From Polyangiaceae bacterium (lineage in GTDB: Bacteria; Myxococcota_A; Polyangia; Polyangiales; Polyangiaceae), in contig JBILLK010000005.1 of the NCBI GenBank assembly GCA_044376115.1, positions 160,001-224,000 on the forward strand: a stretch of DNA of 64,000 nucleotides, written 5' to 3'. Position numbers and translations under genes: made by a program. The notes beneath the pieces were generated by a model. That model was given only the letters and a program-made list of their open reading frames with translations, was not told the origin of the DNA and ran no database searches. Positions 1-10,900 of the stretch are shown here, piece by piece. How positions within the stretch are numbered: the first letter of the stretch is position 1; every line of letters begins with the position of its first letter.

Positions 1-822
1 GACCCGTTCAATGTCTATCAAGATCTGTTTGGACTCGCTGGGGTCGGCGAGGAGGAGCTCGAGAAGCTCCGGCTTCGTCGCAAGAGCGTCAACGATCTGG
101 TGAGAGAGGAGATGGTCTCGTTGCGCAGTCGGACCGATCTTTCGGCTGCTGATCGACAACGCCTGGACCGTCATTTCGATGCAATCCGAGATTTGGAGCA
201 GAACCTCTCCTGCGAGCTTTCGGACGAAGAGGTGTTGGACCTGAATGCCGTCGTGGCGGTGCTCGATGATGATTCGATGATCGAAACCATCATGCGACGT
301 CACTACGACCTTTTGGCAATTACGATGGCTTGCGGCGTGAAGCGCGCCGCTACCCTGCAGATCGGTTGTGGCAACGACCAAACGCAGTACGTCGTCGACG
401 GCGTTCAGCAGCTTCCCTTCCACAAGATCTCCCATCGAATCAACTCCGATGGCGACACGGGTGATCCGATTCCAGGAGCCGACCTCCTGCATCACAAGAT
501 CGACCGCATCGTTCTCTCGGGTTTCCGCTACTTCCTCGAACGGCTTGAGGCCGCCGATGCACTTGACTCGGGCGTCGTTTGTCTAACGAACGACCTCTCG
601 AACAAGTGGCATAGTTACGACGGCGTCCCTTACATCTTGGCCGGCAGCGCTGGCGGAGCCTTGAAGACGGGGCTCTACATTGATGCCGGCGGTGCTACCA
701 ACAACCTGCTCTTGAATACGATCGGTGCAGCTGTTGGGTGCAAGAACGACTCGGGTGGACCGCTTGATGACTTTGGTGACCCCTCGCTTGAGAAGGGCTT
801 CATCAACGAGCTACTCGTCTGA
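1..822 (+). CDS. DUF1552-family protein, 5'-truncated by the window edge
   Basis: Frame is open from base 1 (DPFNVYQDLFG...RKSVNDLV...DRQRLDRHFDAIRDLE...HKISH...VPYILAGSAGGALKTG), the typical DUF1552 C-terminal pattern. Confidence 0.75.
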   Translation, partial: DPFNVYQDLFGLAGVGEEELEKLRLRRKSVNDLVREEMVSLRSRTDLSAADRQRLDRHFDAIRDLEQNLSCELSDEEVLDLNAVVAVLDDDSMIETIMRRHYDLLAITMACGVKRAATLQIGCGNDQTQYVVDGVQQLPFHKISHRINSDGDTGDPIPGADLLHHKIDRIVLSGFRYFLERLEAADALDSGVVCLTNDLSNKWHSYDGVPYILAGSAGGALKTGLYIDAGGATNNLLLNTIGAAVGCKNDSGGPLDDFGDPSLEKGFINELLV

Positions 823-887
823 CCCAAAGAAGCTCCGGCGCTGTGTGAACGGCTTGCGGCCGTTTTCGAGTTGCGACATGTTTGGAC

Positions 888-2342
888 GTGGCGACCGTAT
901 TGCCGATTAACGGCGCAGTGTTTTCGATAGCCGAGCTGCTCCTTGTTCTGCGAGGTGTCACCGTTGCCTCGGGCCCCCTTGATGCCTCAAGGGGAGCCGA
1001 GGTTACCGTTGGCGTCTGCACTGACTCACGTCGGCTCGCACCAGGGCAGCTCTTCGTTGCGCTCAACGGTGAGAAGTTTGATGGGCATGAGCACGTGGCA
1101 GCCGCGGCGGCCAGTGGGGCTCAAGTTGTAGTGGTTGAGAAGGAGGTCTCAGCTCCACCGGGCTGCCTCGTTCTGCGCGTTCCCAACACGTTGACCGCGC
1201 TCGCCCAACTTGCTCGGCTGCATCGCGAGCGCTGGAGCCGCAACCAACCGTCTCGGCAGTTGATTGGCATCACAGGTTCCGCCGGCAAAACAACGACCCG
1301 GCACGCCGTCGGGCACTTGCTCCGCGCGTTAGGGCACAACACGCATACCTCCTTGGGCAATCTCAATAACGCGATCGGCGCACCGATGAGCTTGCTCGGG
1401 TTGGAGCCCGGGCACGAGCTTGGCGTCATTGAAATGGGGATGAATTCGCCAGGCGAGATCGCCCATCTGGCCGCGACAGCGAGGCCAACCATCGGCTTGG
1501 TTACGCTGGTTGCTCACGCTCACACCGAGGGAGTTGGAGATGTTTGGGGGGTCCTTCGCGAGAAGAGTTCGTTGCTCGCCGCCCTTGGCCCGGAGGGCGT
1601 GGCGATCGTCAATGGGGATGACCCGCTTACAAGAGCCTGCCTTGCTGTGTCTCCGGCTCGTCGCTCTTTGGTTTACGGGGTTGCTTCGGACGCTGCCGTC
1701 AGGTTGGTAGAGCGCAAGGTGCTGTCGCTCGAACTGAATCAGCTTGTGATGCAAGTCGACAGGCGAGTGCTTCGTGCGAACGTTCAGCTGCTGGGCCATG
1801 CAGGCGCACTCGCGTGCCTCGCGGCCGTGGCGACTGCGCTGGCCGTTGATCGAGATGTGTCGGCTGAACAGCTTGAGACAGCATTGCAGGCGATCCCGCC
1901 CAACGAAGCTGGGCGGCTTGATGTAAGTGCTTTGCCGGATGGCACCGTGCTCATCAACGACGCATACAACGCGAATCCGGCATCCATGATTTCCAGCATC
2001 AATGTCGCGCGGGAGTTGGCGGACGCACTGGGGCGACCGTTGGTGCTCGCGCTCGGAACGATGTTTGAACTCGGGTGTGAGAGTGATGCTTTGCACCACG
2101 CGGTTGGGGTCGCGGCCCACTCAGCGAAGCCCAAGGCTGCTTTGATCGTAGGAGCCGGCGCGCGCGCCCTGTTCGAAGGCTGTGCCCTCGGACTTGAAGC
2201 CACGAATTACGTGGCTGAGCCGCTCGAGGCGGAGGCGAGCTTTCTCGAGATGGTTGCGCCCGGCGATGTTGTGTTGGTGAAGGCGTCGAATTCTCTGGGT
2301 CTCGGGCGACTCGCGCAACGCTTAAAGGAAGCTCGCTCATGA
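888..2342 (+). CDS. murF: UDP-N-acetylmuramoyl-tripeptide--D-alanyl-D-alanine ligase
   Basis: TDSR...LFVALNGEKFDGH, P-loop GITGSAGKTTT, NLNNAIGAP, IEMGMNSPGEI, INDAYNANPASM, LVKAS; start (GTG 888 or TTG 882) uncertain. Confidence 0.95.
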   Translation: MATVLPINGAVFSIAELLLVLRGVTVASGPLDASRGAEVTVGVCTDSRRLAPGQLFVALNGEKFDGHEHVAAAAASGAQVVVVEKEVSAPPGCLVLRVPNTLTALAQLARLHRERWSRNQPSRQLIGITGSAGKTTTRHAVGHLLRALGHNTHTSLGNLNNAIGAPMSLLGLEPGHELGVIEMGMNSPGEIAHLAATARPTIGLVTLVAHAHTEGVGDVWGVLREKSSLLAALGPEGVAIVNGDDPLTRACLAVSPARRSLVYGVASDAAVRLVERKVLSLELNQLVMQVDRRVLRANVQLLGHAGALACLAAVATALAVDRDVSAEQLETALQAIPPNEAGRLDVSALPDGTVLINDAYNANPASMISSINVARELADALGRPLVLALGTMFELGCESDALHHAVGVAAHSAKPKAALIVGAGARALFEGCALGLEATNYVAEPLEAEASFLEMVAPGDVVLVKASNSLGLGRLAQRLKEARS

Positions 2343-3736
2343 CGGCTGACGCGTTCAAGTTGAAGCAGCGGACGAGTTTGCGCGGCGCTCGTGTGGTTGT
2401 CGTTGGTCTGGGCAAGAGCGGAGTCGCTGCTGCGTCTCTTTGTGCGCGAGCAGGCGCGAGCGTGCTTGGGATCGATGGCCAACCGGTGGAGCGGCTCTCT
2501 TCGGACGCGCAGGCTCTAGCCAGTCAAGGCGTAGAGCTTCGCGGGGGAGGGCTCGAGCCTTTCGACTATGCTGACTCGCAGCTGGTGGTTGTTTCGCCAG
2601 GTGTTCCTTCTTTTGCAGCTCTTCGTGACGCCGAGCTGCGTGGCGCACGGGTGATCGGTGAGATCGAGCTTGCCTCGTGGTTCTTGCCGCAGCTCCCCAT
2701 TTTGGCGGTAACTGGTTCCAACGGGAAGAGCACAACGGTCACGCTGCTAGGTGAGCTCCTGCGGGCAATGGGCCGAACTCCATTTGTTGGGGGCAACCTG
2801 GGAGATCCACCGTGCGCGTTCGTATCGCCAGAAGGCGCCTTTCCATACGACGTCGTCGTACTGGAAGTATCCAGCTTTCAGGCGGAGCGCGTGCCGTCCT
2901 TTCGCGCAAACGCTACCGCGTTGCTGAACGTGTCGCCCAATCACCTCGACCGCTACGATGACTTTGCTGGCTACGTTCGCGCCAAGGGCAATCTCTTCCA
3001 GAACCAGGTTGCGGGTGACCTTGCGGTCGTTCCTGCTGATGACCCGCTTTGCGTAAAGGAGGCCCAACGTGGTGGAGCGCGGCTCCTGCGCTTTGGGTCG
3101 GCCGAATGCACCGACGCGGATATCGTTTTCACACGCACCGAAATCGTCGATCGAGTGCGTGGGTTCGCGCTGTCGCGTGAGGAGATCCCGCTGCCCGGGG
3201 ATCACAACGCCCTCAACGTATGCGCGGCGCTGGCGTTGCTCAATCCGTGGCAGCCAGACGTGGACGTTTTGCGGCGTGCGTTGGCCGACTTCAAAGGCCT
3301 TCCTCATAGAATTGTGAAGGTGCTCAGCTACGGCGGTGTGAACTTCTACGACGATTCAAAGGGCACCAACGTTGGTGCGACCGTTGCCGCCATTCGCGGC
3401 CTTCCGGAAACGAAGGTAGTCCTCATTGCTGGCGGGCGGGACAAGCTCGGCTCGTACGAGCCGCTAGCCAAGGCAATGCTTGAACGCGGGCGCGCGGCGA
3501 TCCTGATTGGTGAGGCCGCCGAGAAGATCGGTGACGCTCTTAGCGGGTCGGTTGCGGTCACGCGCGCAGCAACAATGACTGAGGCGGTAGAGCGCGCTGC
3601 CCAAGCGGCGCTTCCAGGTGATGCGGTCCTTTTGAGTCCAGCTTGTTCGAGCTTCGACATGTTCCGCGATTACAAGCATCGCGGCGATACGTTCGTGGAG
3701 GCAGCTCAGCGTTTGGTGACCCTTGGACTTATATAA
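2339..3736 (+). CDS. murD: UDP-N-acetylmuramoyl-L-alanine--D-glutamate ligase
   Basis: GLGKSG, VVSPGVP, TGSNGKSTT, LEVSSFQ, NHLDRY, DDSKGTN, LSPACSSFDMF; ATGA overlap with the murF stop. Confidence 0.96.
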   Translation: MTADAFKLKQRTSLRGARVVVVGLGKSGVAAASLCARAGASVLGIDGQPVERLSSDAQALASQGVELRGGGLEPFDYADSQLVVVSPGVPSFAALRDAELRGARVIGEIELASWFLPQLPILAVTGSNGKSTTVTLLGELLRAMGRTPFVGGNLGDPPCAFVSPEGAFPYDVVVLEVSSFQAERVPSFRANATALLNVSPNHLDRYDDFAGYVRAKGNLFQNQVAGDLAVVPADDPLCVKEAQRGGARLLRFGSAECTDADIVFTRTEIVDRVRGFALSREEIPLPGDHNALNVCAALALLNPWQPDVDVLRRALADFKGLPHRIVKVLSYGGVNFYDDSKGTNVGATVAAIRGLPETKVVLIAGGRDKLGSYEPLAKAMLERGRAAILIGEAAEKIGDALSGSVAVTRAATMTEAVERAAQAALPGDAVLLSPACSSFDMFRDYKHRGDTFVEAAQRLVTLGLI

Positions 3737-3820
3737 GTGTAGGACTTTGTTTCGATTTTACTTATCGAAGTGAAGCGGGTGCACTTGCGAACAGCACTGG
3801 GAGGACCACAGGTTGAAGTT

Positions 3821-4135
3821 ATGACGAAGTCCACCTCCAACAATCAGGCTCCAAGTCAAACCCTCATCGCGTTGCACGCCATGCGTGCAATGTCCCTTGC
3901 CCAGGCAGAAGGCCGAAGGATAACCGCGATGGATTTGGCTACTGATCTTGGAGTTCGCCGTAGTGACATTAGAGCTGTGGTGGCCGAACTCGATCGCCAA
4001 GGCCTGGTTGATGCGCTTCGGATGAAGCTCACCCTCGTCGGATTTGGCTACGTCGCAGGAATGGCTGGCAGCAAGCTTGCGGATCAGCCGTTGCGAAAAC
4101 CGCGCCGCGAGCTGTCGCTCCTTCGCGCTGCCTAG
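3821..4135 (+). CDS. small winged-helix (MarR-like) DNA-binding protein
   Basis: ITAMDLATDLGVRRSDIRAVVAELDRQGLVD...KLTLVG wHTH pattern; GGAGG upstream of ATG 3821. Confidence 0.6.
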   Translation: MTKSTSNNQAPSQTLIALHAMRAMSLAQAEGRRITAMDLATDLGVRRSDIRAVVAELDRQGLVDALRMKLTLVGFGYVAGMAGSKLADQPLRKPRRELSLLRAA

Positions 4136-4188
4136 CCCGTCGTTTGGTGCGATTCGACGAAGCTCGGATTTCTGCATAGGCTGCAGGC

Positions 4189-4995
4189 ATGCCCGAAGTG
4201 CTGGCAGTGCTGACGTCGTTTCCAACTGCGGTCTTCACCACGGTCATGCTGCTCTGCTTGGTCTACTGGACCTTCGTCATTCTCGGAGCACTCGATCTTG
4301 ATTTTCTTGGGGGCGCAGAAGGTCATGCCGACGGCGCGCTTGAAGGTGCAGCCAAGGGCGCGATGCAGGGCGTGTTTGAAGGAGCCGATGCGATCGACGC
4401 GAAGTCGGGGATGGTGGGTGGTCACCTTGAAGCGGACGGAGACTTCGCCGCCTCTGTTTTCGGCCTGGATTCACTTCGTCGCGTGCCGGTCACGATTTCA
4501 CTGAGCTTCTTCGCTCTTTTGGGCCTTTTGGCCTCCGGGCTGGTCTGCCTCTCGATTGGGTCTCATGGCTGGTTGGTCGAGAGTGGAGTCTTCATCGGCT
4601 CCAGCCTCGTCTCACTTGTGGCGACTTCGTTCGCTGTTCGGCCGCTCGGTAAGCTCTTTGCCACCAACAAGGCGGTACAGAAGCGAGACCTGATTGGGAA
4701 GGTTGCCGAGGTGAGTACGGGCGAGGTCAACGAGTCGTTCGGGCAAGCGGTTCTCGAGGACGGAGGGGCAAGCCTGATTCTTCAGATTCGAGACTCCCAA
4801 GGCAACTTGGTGCGTGGCGATAAGGTGCTGCTCGTCGATCTGAACGAAGAGAACGGGACCTACACTGTGGAGCGCATGCCACCGGGGTTCTCCGGTGAAG
4901 GTCGTCGCTTTTTGAACGACCGCGGTCGCGAGGACCCAGTCGCCCCTGAGCGCGAGCCTGATGAAAAGGTTCGCGCCTCTGGGAAGCTGGACTAA
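4189..4995 (+). CDS. YqiJ/NfeD-like membrane protein (TM helices + C-terminal OB fold), flotillin partner
   Basis: FPTAVFT...YWTFVILGALDLD, VPVTISLS, C-terminal DLIGKVAEVSTGEVNESFGQAVLEDGGASLILQIR; upstream of the flotillin gene. Confidence 0.85.
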   Translation: MPEVLAVLTSFPTAVFTTVMLLCLVYWTFVILGALDLDFLGGAEGHADGALEGAAKGAMQGVFEGADAIDAKSGMVGGHLEADGDFAASVFGLDSLRRVPVTISLSFFALLGLLASGLVCLSIGSHGWLVESGVFIGSSLVSLVATSFAVRPLGKLFATNKAVQKRDLIGKVAEVSTGEVNESFGQAVLEDGGASLILQIRDSQGNLVRGDKVLLVDLNEENGTYTVERMPPGFSGEGRRFLNDRGREDPVAPEREPDEKVRASGKLD

Positions 4996-5004
4996 GTACC
5001 GAGA

Positions 5005-5463
5005 GTGGTCCCTTTTCTGTTGCCTGTTGCAGTCGCACTCATGTCGGTGCTTGCGATCTGCCTGGTCGTGTTCTTGCGGTACTACCAAGTGGCAACGCCC
5101 GGAACTGCGCTGGTCCGGAAAGATCAGAGTCATCAACAGCGCGTGGTGCTGCTTGGCGGGGCGTTCGGTCCAAGCAGCGCGTTTGACCGGCTGCTGATGA
5201 CCGAGCGACAAATCGAAATTGAGGGGCAAGCCGTGCTTTCACTTCGGCCGGCGCAGAGCGAGAGTGCCGTGTTGCAAATCGCTTCATCGCTTGGTTGCAC
5301 GCGAGCGAACGATGATGTCGTGCTGATGCAAGTGTTACAAGCCGCGCTAAAGCGCGATCTGCCGATCGTTGATGGCACGACCTTTGAGTCTCGTGCTCGT
5401 GCCGTGGTCGAATCTGAGCTGCCAGGATTTGCGCTGACGTCAGCCGTTGTGACACGGAGCTAG
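5005..5463 (+). CDS. short SPFH-domain paralog of the downstream flotillin (no coiled coil)
   Basis: N-terminal TM helix; RYYQVATPGTALV and VLQIASSLGCTRAND align by eye with flotillin KFFRQIDQGAALI and VLKVAQAIGCARASD. Confidence 0.65.
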   Translation: MVPFLLPVAVALMSVLAICLVVFLRYYQVATPGTALVRKDQSHQQRVVLLGGAFGPSSAFDRLLMTERQIEIEGQAVLSLRPAQSESAVLQIASSLGCTRANDDVVLMQVLQAALKRDLPIVDGTTFESRARAVVESELPGFALTSAVVTRS

Positions 5464-5726
5464 CGAGACAAAATCGAGCCTCAGGATTCACCGCTCGACC
5501 GATTGTCTATGGACATTCGCGCCCGGCGTCTCACCTTGGGGAGCGGTTGATTTTGGTGTCGCTTACAAGCTTAGAATTATTGGTCTAATCGTTTTTCTGG
5601 GGGACCTAGCGCCGCCCGCCTGTGGGGCCTTCAATCTCGTGTACCATCCGACCGCCCAACCGGGATGGGAGGGTTGTCGCGGGGTGCGCTCGTGTGCCGC
5701 AGGCCCGATCGAAGGAGCCATCGTTC

Positions 5727-7907
5727 ATGCCGAAACTGTTCCTGATTCTCATCATCGTGGGCGTCGCCGCGGTCGTTATCACTGGCATTCTCATCGTGCT
5801 GGCGAAGTTCTTCCGCCAGATTGATCAAGGTGCTGCGCTAATCATCAACCGACGAACTGGCACTGAGCCCGACGTCACGTTTACCGGGGCAACCGTCTGG
5901 CCAATCATCAACCGAGCCGAGACGATGGATATCTCGGTAAAGACGATCGATATCGATCGCCGCGCGAAGGAGGGTCTCATCTGTCGAGACAACATCCGAG
6001 CTGACATCAAGGTCACCTTCTTCGTGCGCGTGAACAAGGAGGCCAAAGATGTCCTCAAGGTGGCGCAGGCGATCGGCTGCGCGCGGGCAAGCGATCCGCG
6101 CGTGATCGCCGACTTGTTCAACGCAAAGTTCTCCGAAGCGCTGAAGACGGCGGGTAAGGCACTCAACTTCGAGGACCTCTACACCAAACGCCAGGGCTTC
6201 AAGGACGAGATCATTCGCGTGATCGGACCTGACCTCAACGGCTTCGTACTCGACGACTGCGCCATCGACTACCTCGAGCAAACACCGATCGAGTCGCTCG
6301 ACAAAGACAACGTGATGGACGCGGAAGGCATTCGCAAGATCACTGACCTCACCGTCATCCAGAACGTGCAGACCAACCAGCTGCGCCAGAAGGAGCGGAT
6401 GGAGATCGGCAGTCAAAACCTCGCGTCTGACGAGGCGATCTTCAACTTCGAGCAACGTCGCGCGGAAGCGGAGGTCAAGAAGAACAAGGAGATCGCGGTA
6501 GCAACAGCTCGTGAGCAGAACGATGGGCAGCGCATTGCCGAGGAAGAGGTCAAGCGCACCCTGTTGCAACGCCACAAGAACGAAGAAGAGGCGATGGTCG
6601 CCAACGAGGGCAAGGAGCGAGCTGTGCTTGTTGCCCGGCAGGCCAAAGAACGCGAAGTGGCAATCGAGATTGAGCGCGTGAAGAAGGCGCAACAGCTCGA
6701 AGCCCTGTCACGCGAGCGCGAGGTCGAGATCCAGCGCATCAACAAGGACAAAGAGGTCGAGGGAAAGAAGAAGGAGATCGCCGACATCATCCGTGGTCGC
6801 GTGGTGGTCGACAAGACCGTCGCCGAGGAAGAAGAGCGCATCAAAGATGTGCGCGTGCTAGCGGAAGCGAATCGCAACAAGGAAGCTGTTCGCATCCACG
6901 CTGAGGCGGAAGCCGCAGAGTCGCTGGTGAAGACGGTCAAGGCCGCTGAAGCCGCTGCTGACGCGGCGAAGCACTACGGGCGTGAAGCGCTGGCAAAGGC
7001 TGAGGCTGAGCTCGAGTCTGCGGACAAGATCGCCCGCGCGAAGATTCGCCTAGCTGAAGGTCACCAGGCTGAAGAAGCGGCTGAGGGTCTCGCGAAAGCA
7101 CGCGTCAAAGAGGCGGATGCAGCCGCCTTGGAGAAGGCCGGTATGGTCGAGGCCAGGGTGCGTCTCGAGAAGATGCAGGCTGAAGCGGCAGGCGAGGAGC
7201 GAATCGGTTTGGCCAAGGTGAAGGTGGCTGAAGCCGAGGCGGGAGCTACTGAAAAGAGGGGCCTTGCTGACGCCCTCGTGATCCGAGAGCGTTTGCAAGC
7301 TGAAGCCATTGGCCAGGAGCAAAAGGGGCTCGCCGTGGTTCGAGTTGAGGAGGCCGAGGCCTCGGCGATCCTCAAGAAGGGAACTGCAGAGGCCGAGTCG
7401 GCGCGGCTCAAATACAGCGCTGAAGCGCAGGGCATCGCTGAGAAGGCAGCTGCGATGAAGCACCTCGATCCGGATAGCCGGGCGCACGAAGAGTTCAGGG
7501 TCAGACTCTCCACCAGCCGAGACGTTGCGATGCACACGCTCGACACGAAGAAGCAGATCGCTGAACAGCAGGCTCAGATCATGGCGCGTGCCTTCGAGCA
7601 CGCGAAGATCCAGATCGTCGGCGGAGACGGCAAGTTCTTCGATCGGTTCGTGAATGCCATCTCGTTGGGGCAGGCCGTTGATTCGACGATTGAGCAGAGC
7701 GACACGCTGAAGAACGTCCTCGGCGACTATCTGAACCCGAACAAAGACGTCACCTTGAGCGAGGAGAGCACGCCAAAGAATGCGTCGCTCAGCGCGCTGT
7801 TGGGTAAGTTGATGGCTGGTGCTGATGGCGATGCCCGCGACAAGATTGCGAAGTTAGCGGCACGCGCCAAAGACCTCGGAATCGACGATCTCACTGCGAA
7901 CAAGTAG
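5727..7907 (+). CDS. flotillin/SPFH (YqiK-like) membrane scaffold protein
   Basis: RBS GAAGGAG 5711-5717; TM helix, SPFH (GLICRDNIRADIKVTFFVRVN, IDYLEQT), long Ala/Glu-rich coiled coil, IQIVGGDGKFFDRFVNAI tail. Confidence 0.92.
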   Translation: MPKLFLILIIVGVAAVVITGILIVLAKFFRQIDQGAALIINRRTGTEPDVTFTGATVWPIINRAETMDISVKTIDIDRRAKEGLICRDNIRADIKVTFFVRVNKEAKDVLKVAQAIGCARASDPRVIADLFNAKFSEALKTAGKALNFEDLYTKRQGFKDEIIRVIGPDLNGFVLDDCAIDYLEQTPIESLDKDNVMDAEGIRKITDLTVIQNVQTNQLRQKERMEIGSQNLASDEAIFNFEQRRAEAEVKKNKEIAVATAREQNDGQRIAEEEVKRTLLQRHKNEEEAMVANEGKERAVLVARQAKEREVAIEIERVKKAQQLEALSREREVEIQRINKDKEVEGKKKEIADIIRGRVVVDKTVAEEEERIKDVRVLAEANRNKEAVRIHAEAEAAESLVKTVKAAEAAADAAKHYGREALAKAEAELESADKIARAKIRLAEGHQAEEAAEGLAKARVKEADAAALEKAGMVEARVRLEKMQAEAAGEERIGLAKVKVAEAEAGATEKRGLADALVIRERLQAEAIGQEQKGLAVVRVEEAEASAILKKGTAEAESARLKYSAEAQGIAEKAAAMKHLDPDSRAHEEFRVRLSTSRDVAMHTLDTKKQIAEQQAQIMARAFEHAKIQIVGGDGKFFDRFVNAISLGQAVDSTIEQSDTLKNVLGDYLNPNKDVTLSEESTPKNASLSALLGKLMAGADGDARDKIAKLAARAKDLGIDDLTANK

Positions 7908-7917
7908 AGACTGACTC

Positions 7918-10900
7918 ATGGCGGATGAAGCTCCGAAAGCAGCGGTTGGCGCCGATGAAGCGGCGTCGAAAGATCTCGAGGGAGGCAGTTACGACGTAAT
8001 TCGTAAGCGCCTCTTGGTCGAGGCTGAGGAGCTCGCTCGCCGCGCCGAAGATCTGAATCAACGACGCATTAAGACGTTTGGTGGCTCCCAGCTCGCGCTG
8101 CTTGCCACCGAGCGCGTGCGTACTGAGAACAACTGCGTTCCGCGGGATATACGCAACGTCAACGGGCAGCTCGTCTTTGGCTACAACGTTTTCCTCGGTC
8201 TCAAGTCGGAGACGGTGGTCGGGGACGTGTTCTCCCTGCACAACTTCATCGAGACCGCTCCGGGGGCTTTCGATCTCTCACCCATCGAGGTCCCTGCCGA
8301 CCACTTCTTGGCGCAAGGCGCCTTCGTTCGAGAATTCGCGGACCTCTATCGCTACAACCGCGACACCAAGCTGCTCATGCTGCGCACCACCGACACGCGG
8401 GTGTTGGCGATTTTTCAAACGAGTAACCGGCTCGCCGACCAGCGCGTTTTCCGCTGGGGCATCGACAAGAGCGGTGCCATCAAGTTCATCGATGGCCGCG
8501 GCGAGGAAGACCATTTCCTTCCTAAGCAGCACGACTTCGAGTTCGTCTCGGTACGGCGCGAAGATCAGCGGTCAGGCGACTTCCCTCACTTCTCGATCCT
8601 CGACGAGGTGTTTGTCGACACGGTCGGCGGCGACCTGACCATCAAGGTCGAAAACAATACGAAGGACGGTCGAGGCGTCTATCGCGAGCCAGTCGAGGAT
8701 GCCAACCAGGTACTCGATGATGCTGAAGTCTTCTACGTGAAGCTCGGCGCGCTGATCTTGCTCAAGGTCAAGCCGTACCGCGAATCGCTCTATCGGTACT
8801 TCGTCTTCAATACCCGGACCCAGGCTGTGGTGCGCATCGACGCGATCGGGCAAGCCTGTCTACCGCTCCCAGAGGATCAGGGCATCATCTTCCCTGGCGG
8901 CTACTACCTGAGGACGGGCGACTACAAAGTCTTCGACGCTGACTCTCGCGGGATGGTGTTCCGGCGTCAGTTCAAAGCACCCAATGGTGAAGATGTGCTG
9001 TTCGTCTTCGATCGAATCGAAGACGGCGCCTACCTTCTGTTGCCGTACAACCTGATCCGGAAAGAGGTTGCGAGTCCCATTGTTTGCCACGGCTATTCGA
9101 TCTTTGACGATGGCAAGCTCGTCATTTTTCGGAGCCTTTCGGACGAACCTACCAAAGTGCATCCGATGCAGATCTGGCAGACTCCGTTCTGCACGCAGGA
9201 ACACGCGGCTGCCGCGCCAACGGATGGGTCCTATTTGGCCAAACTCGGCAACTCGGAGTTGGTGCGCGGGATCAGTGAGGCTCTGACCTTGCGGCGCATT
9301 GCCACGACGGAGTCCCCAACCCGCCAAACGTACGAGGATGTTGTCAGCTCCTGTCGTCGCATGGCCGATGCTTTTCATTGGTTGAATCATGACGAGGCGG
9401 CCAATCTCGGCGAGGTCGTTCAGAAGCTGCTCAAGACTTCGGAGCTGATCATCGACGAGTTCGAGAAGGTCACGGCGATCCGAAAGCGGAGTGCTGAGGC
9501 GCTCGAGGCTGCAGCGAAGAATCAGGAGAAGGTGATCGGCGGGATGCACATCACCGGTATGAGCTCCGTAGAGGAGTTCATGCTGGGGCTCTCCGAGCTT
9601 CGCAAGCAACGTGGGTCGCTGATCACGTTGCGCGAGATGCGCTACATGAACTTGCCGCGCGTTGACGCGCTCGAGGCTGAGGTCATCAAGGTCTACGATG
9701 AGGTCAGCAAGCTCACCGTCGAGTTTCTGCTCCAACCAACGGCTCTGGAGCCACTGGTCAATCGCCTCGTCGAGGTCATCACCCGAGTTGGCGGCGCTAA
9801 CAAAGCTGCTGAACTCAAGCCTATCGCCGAGGACGTGGAGCGCGTTGGAGAGGGCTTGACGGTGCTCTCCGACATCATCAACGGCCTTGCCATCGATGAC
9901 CCGACGCAGAGAACGCGAATCCTAGAGGGCATCAGTGAGGCTTACTCGCAACTGAACCGAGCTCGGGCCACGCTCGCCGGGCGGAAGAAGGAGCTCTCTG
10001 CTCAGGAGGGGCGAGGGGAGTTCACGGCTCAGTTCAAGTTGTTTGGCCAGAGTATCGTCAGCGCGCTCTCGCTTTGCGATACGCCTGAGAAGTGCGACGA
10101 AACGCTTTCGCGCCTGTTGCTTTCACTTGAAGAGCTCGAGGGGCGCTTTGGAGAGTTTGACGAATTTCTTGGGGACCTCGCGCAGAAGCGAGAGGAGGTA
10201 ACGGATGCCATCGCCGCCAAGCGTCAAACCCTGCTCGACGAGCGACAACGCCGCGCGCAGAACATCGTGGGCGCAGCTGAACGCATCATCTCCGGAATTC
10301 AGCGCAAGGCACGAACGCTAACCACCGCGGACGAGCTCAACACGTACTTCGCCTCGGACGCGATGGTGATGAAGCTTCGCGACCTCGCGAAGCAGTTGTT
10401 CGACATTGGCGCGAGCGTGAAGGGGGATGAGCTTGAGTCGAAGCTCAAGAGCGCACGGCAGGATGCGCTGCGCGCCCTCCGCGACAAGACGGACTTGTTT
10501 GAGGGTGGCGATAACGTCATCCGCTTCGGTACTCACCGCTTCAACGTCAACACCCAGCCCGTTGAGCTGGCGCTTATTCCGCGGCGTGACGACAGCGTTG
10601 GTGCGGACGTGCTCTACGTCCATCTCACGGGGACCGATTTTTACGAACGAATCGAGGACAAAGCGCTCGAGGACAATCGCGACTTGTGGGACCAGCAGTT
10701 GGTCAGCGAATCCGCGGAGGTCTATCGTTCAGAGTATCTCGCAGCAGCGATGCTGCTCGCGGCAGAGCTCGGCCAAGAGGGCCTATCCATCGACAAGCTC
10801 TCTGTGGCGGTGACGGGCGATAGGAACGCTGACGGTGTCAGCCCAGCCTTGCTCGAGTTGGTCCGTGGTTACTCCCAGACCCGCCACGATGAGGGCTACG

